Shown here piece after piece: positions 62,867 to 64,000 of a stretch of DNA of 64,000 bases (position 1 is its first letter; each line of letters opens with the position of its first letter). Origin of the DNA: Squalus acanthias (taxonomy: Eukaryota); contig CM059432.1 of NCBI GenBank assembly GCA_030390025.1, positions 132,744,001 through 132,808,000 of the forward strand, written 5' to 3'. The position numbers and the translations under genes were made by a program. Under the pieces are notes generated by a model that worked only from the letters and a program-made list of their open reading frames with translations, was not told the DNA's origin and did no database searches.

Positions 62867-62894
62867 TTATATATATATATATATATATATATAT
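62867..62894. repeat. (TA)n microsatellite
   Basis: Direct inspection. Confidence 0.95.
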
Positions 62895-63469
62895 CTGTGC
62901 GTGTGAATCATTCCAACAGGTGTGACAGATGCAAACATTTATCAGAAGCCTGTCATGTCTGATCAGAAGGAATGTTATATCTAAACACAATAGGCTCACA
63001 AAAGTAGGTCAGCTCAATGGTGATATAATAACTGATGATTTATAGTAGTGATGTTCTGAAAGCAGCAAACAAGATTCTATTGTATTATTTGCTTCACAGT
63101 GGAGCTTTTGAGATACACTTCCATGTGAAATGTTTAGGAGGATTCTGATCTTACAACAAAAACAGCTTGTTGAGAATTTCATGATTTGGGAGATTTATTT
63201 TAATAAAGTTTTAGGTTAGCAAAAGTTTCCTGTCAAGGGTTGGATTCACGAAAACGCTTGCCACGTGCTTTTACAATGATTCTAACTGTACAGAAAATGA
63301 CCAATGAACAAAGGGGATTAAAATCAGACATTCAAAGGGGTAGTATCATCATGGTAATGTCTTTTGCATGTCACTCTATCCAGTTTTTAGTTTGAATGAA
63401 CATCATTTTTTTTCCGGTGGCTTTCTCCTGTCACACAAATCCTGTAGCCAAGAGGGCAGATGGTGATCT

Positions 63470-63800
63470 CATAGAATCATGCAGCACAAAAGGAGGCCTT
63501 TCAGCCCATCGTGCCTGTGCCGGCTCTTTGAAAGAGCTATCCAATTAGTCCCACTCCCCTGCTCTTTCCCCAAAGCCCTGCAAATATTTCCTTTTCAAGT
63601 ATATATTCAATGCCCTTGAAGGCTATTATTGAATCTGCTTCCACCACCCTTTCAGGCAGCGCATTCCAGATCACAACTCGCTGCGTAAAAAAAAATCTTC
63701 TCATCTCCCCCTCTGGTTCTTTTGCCAATTGTCTTAAGTCTGTGTCTTCTGGTTACCGACCCTCCTGCCAGTGGAAACAGTTTCTCCTTATTTACTCTCG
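63470..63800 (-). mobile_element. CR1 3' end
   Basis: RRFFFTQRVVIWNALPERVVEADSIIAFKG. Confidence 0.88.
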
Positions 63801-64000
63801 CTGATCTACAGCACTCTTGAAATGGCCAATAGAAAATGTGCAAGAATGTGTTCATTCTTCCTTCCAATTCTTCCTCCCTCCCTGTGTGGAATTGCTTGAC
63901 CTCCACTGCCCAAAGCAATGTGGCTGAGATGGGGAACTCACTGCTTGGAGGATCAAGTCTGCATCCCACCTGTCTATGACTACACAGAGTATGTGCTGCG

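Overview
Vertebrate nuclear DNA, most likely from a cartilaginous fish (shark/ray); this is inferred from the repeat families present (HER1-like CR1 LINEs, SacSINE1-like DeuSINEs, L2, RTE, Penelope-like elements, Harbinger transposons and MITEs). By eye, well over half of the window is transposon-derived, often nested. I could not recognise any host protein-coding exon, rRNA, tRNA gene or CRISPR array. Largest elements: a near full-length decayed CR1 LINE (11366-15884; 80-bp 5' tandem repeats, zinc-finger/SGNH-esterase ORF1, APE-RT ORF2), a two-gene Harbinger transposon (51369-55461; spliced Myb/SANT gene plus convergent DDE transposase, both broken) and a ~2-kb 24-bp polypyrimidine satellite (29810-31790). 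Most interesting: (1) a TSD-bounded, A-tailed Tx1-type retroelement carrying only ORF1 (HAL1-like), inserted in the tRNA-derived A-box region of a SINE (39232-41716); (2) two families of Penelope-like 3' repeats carrying minimal type-I hammerhead ribozyme motifs, one with an intact GUC site (40811-40847); (3) a CR1 insertion whose 5' junction is an inverted copy of its own 3' end plus target flank. Boundaries were read by eye and are approximate unless a TSD or TIR is quoted; family names are recognitions from memory, not database hits.
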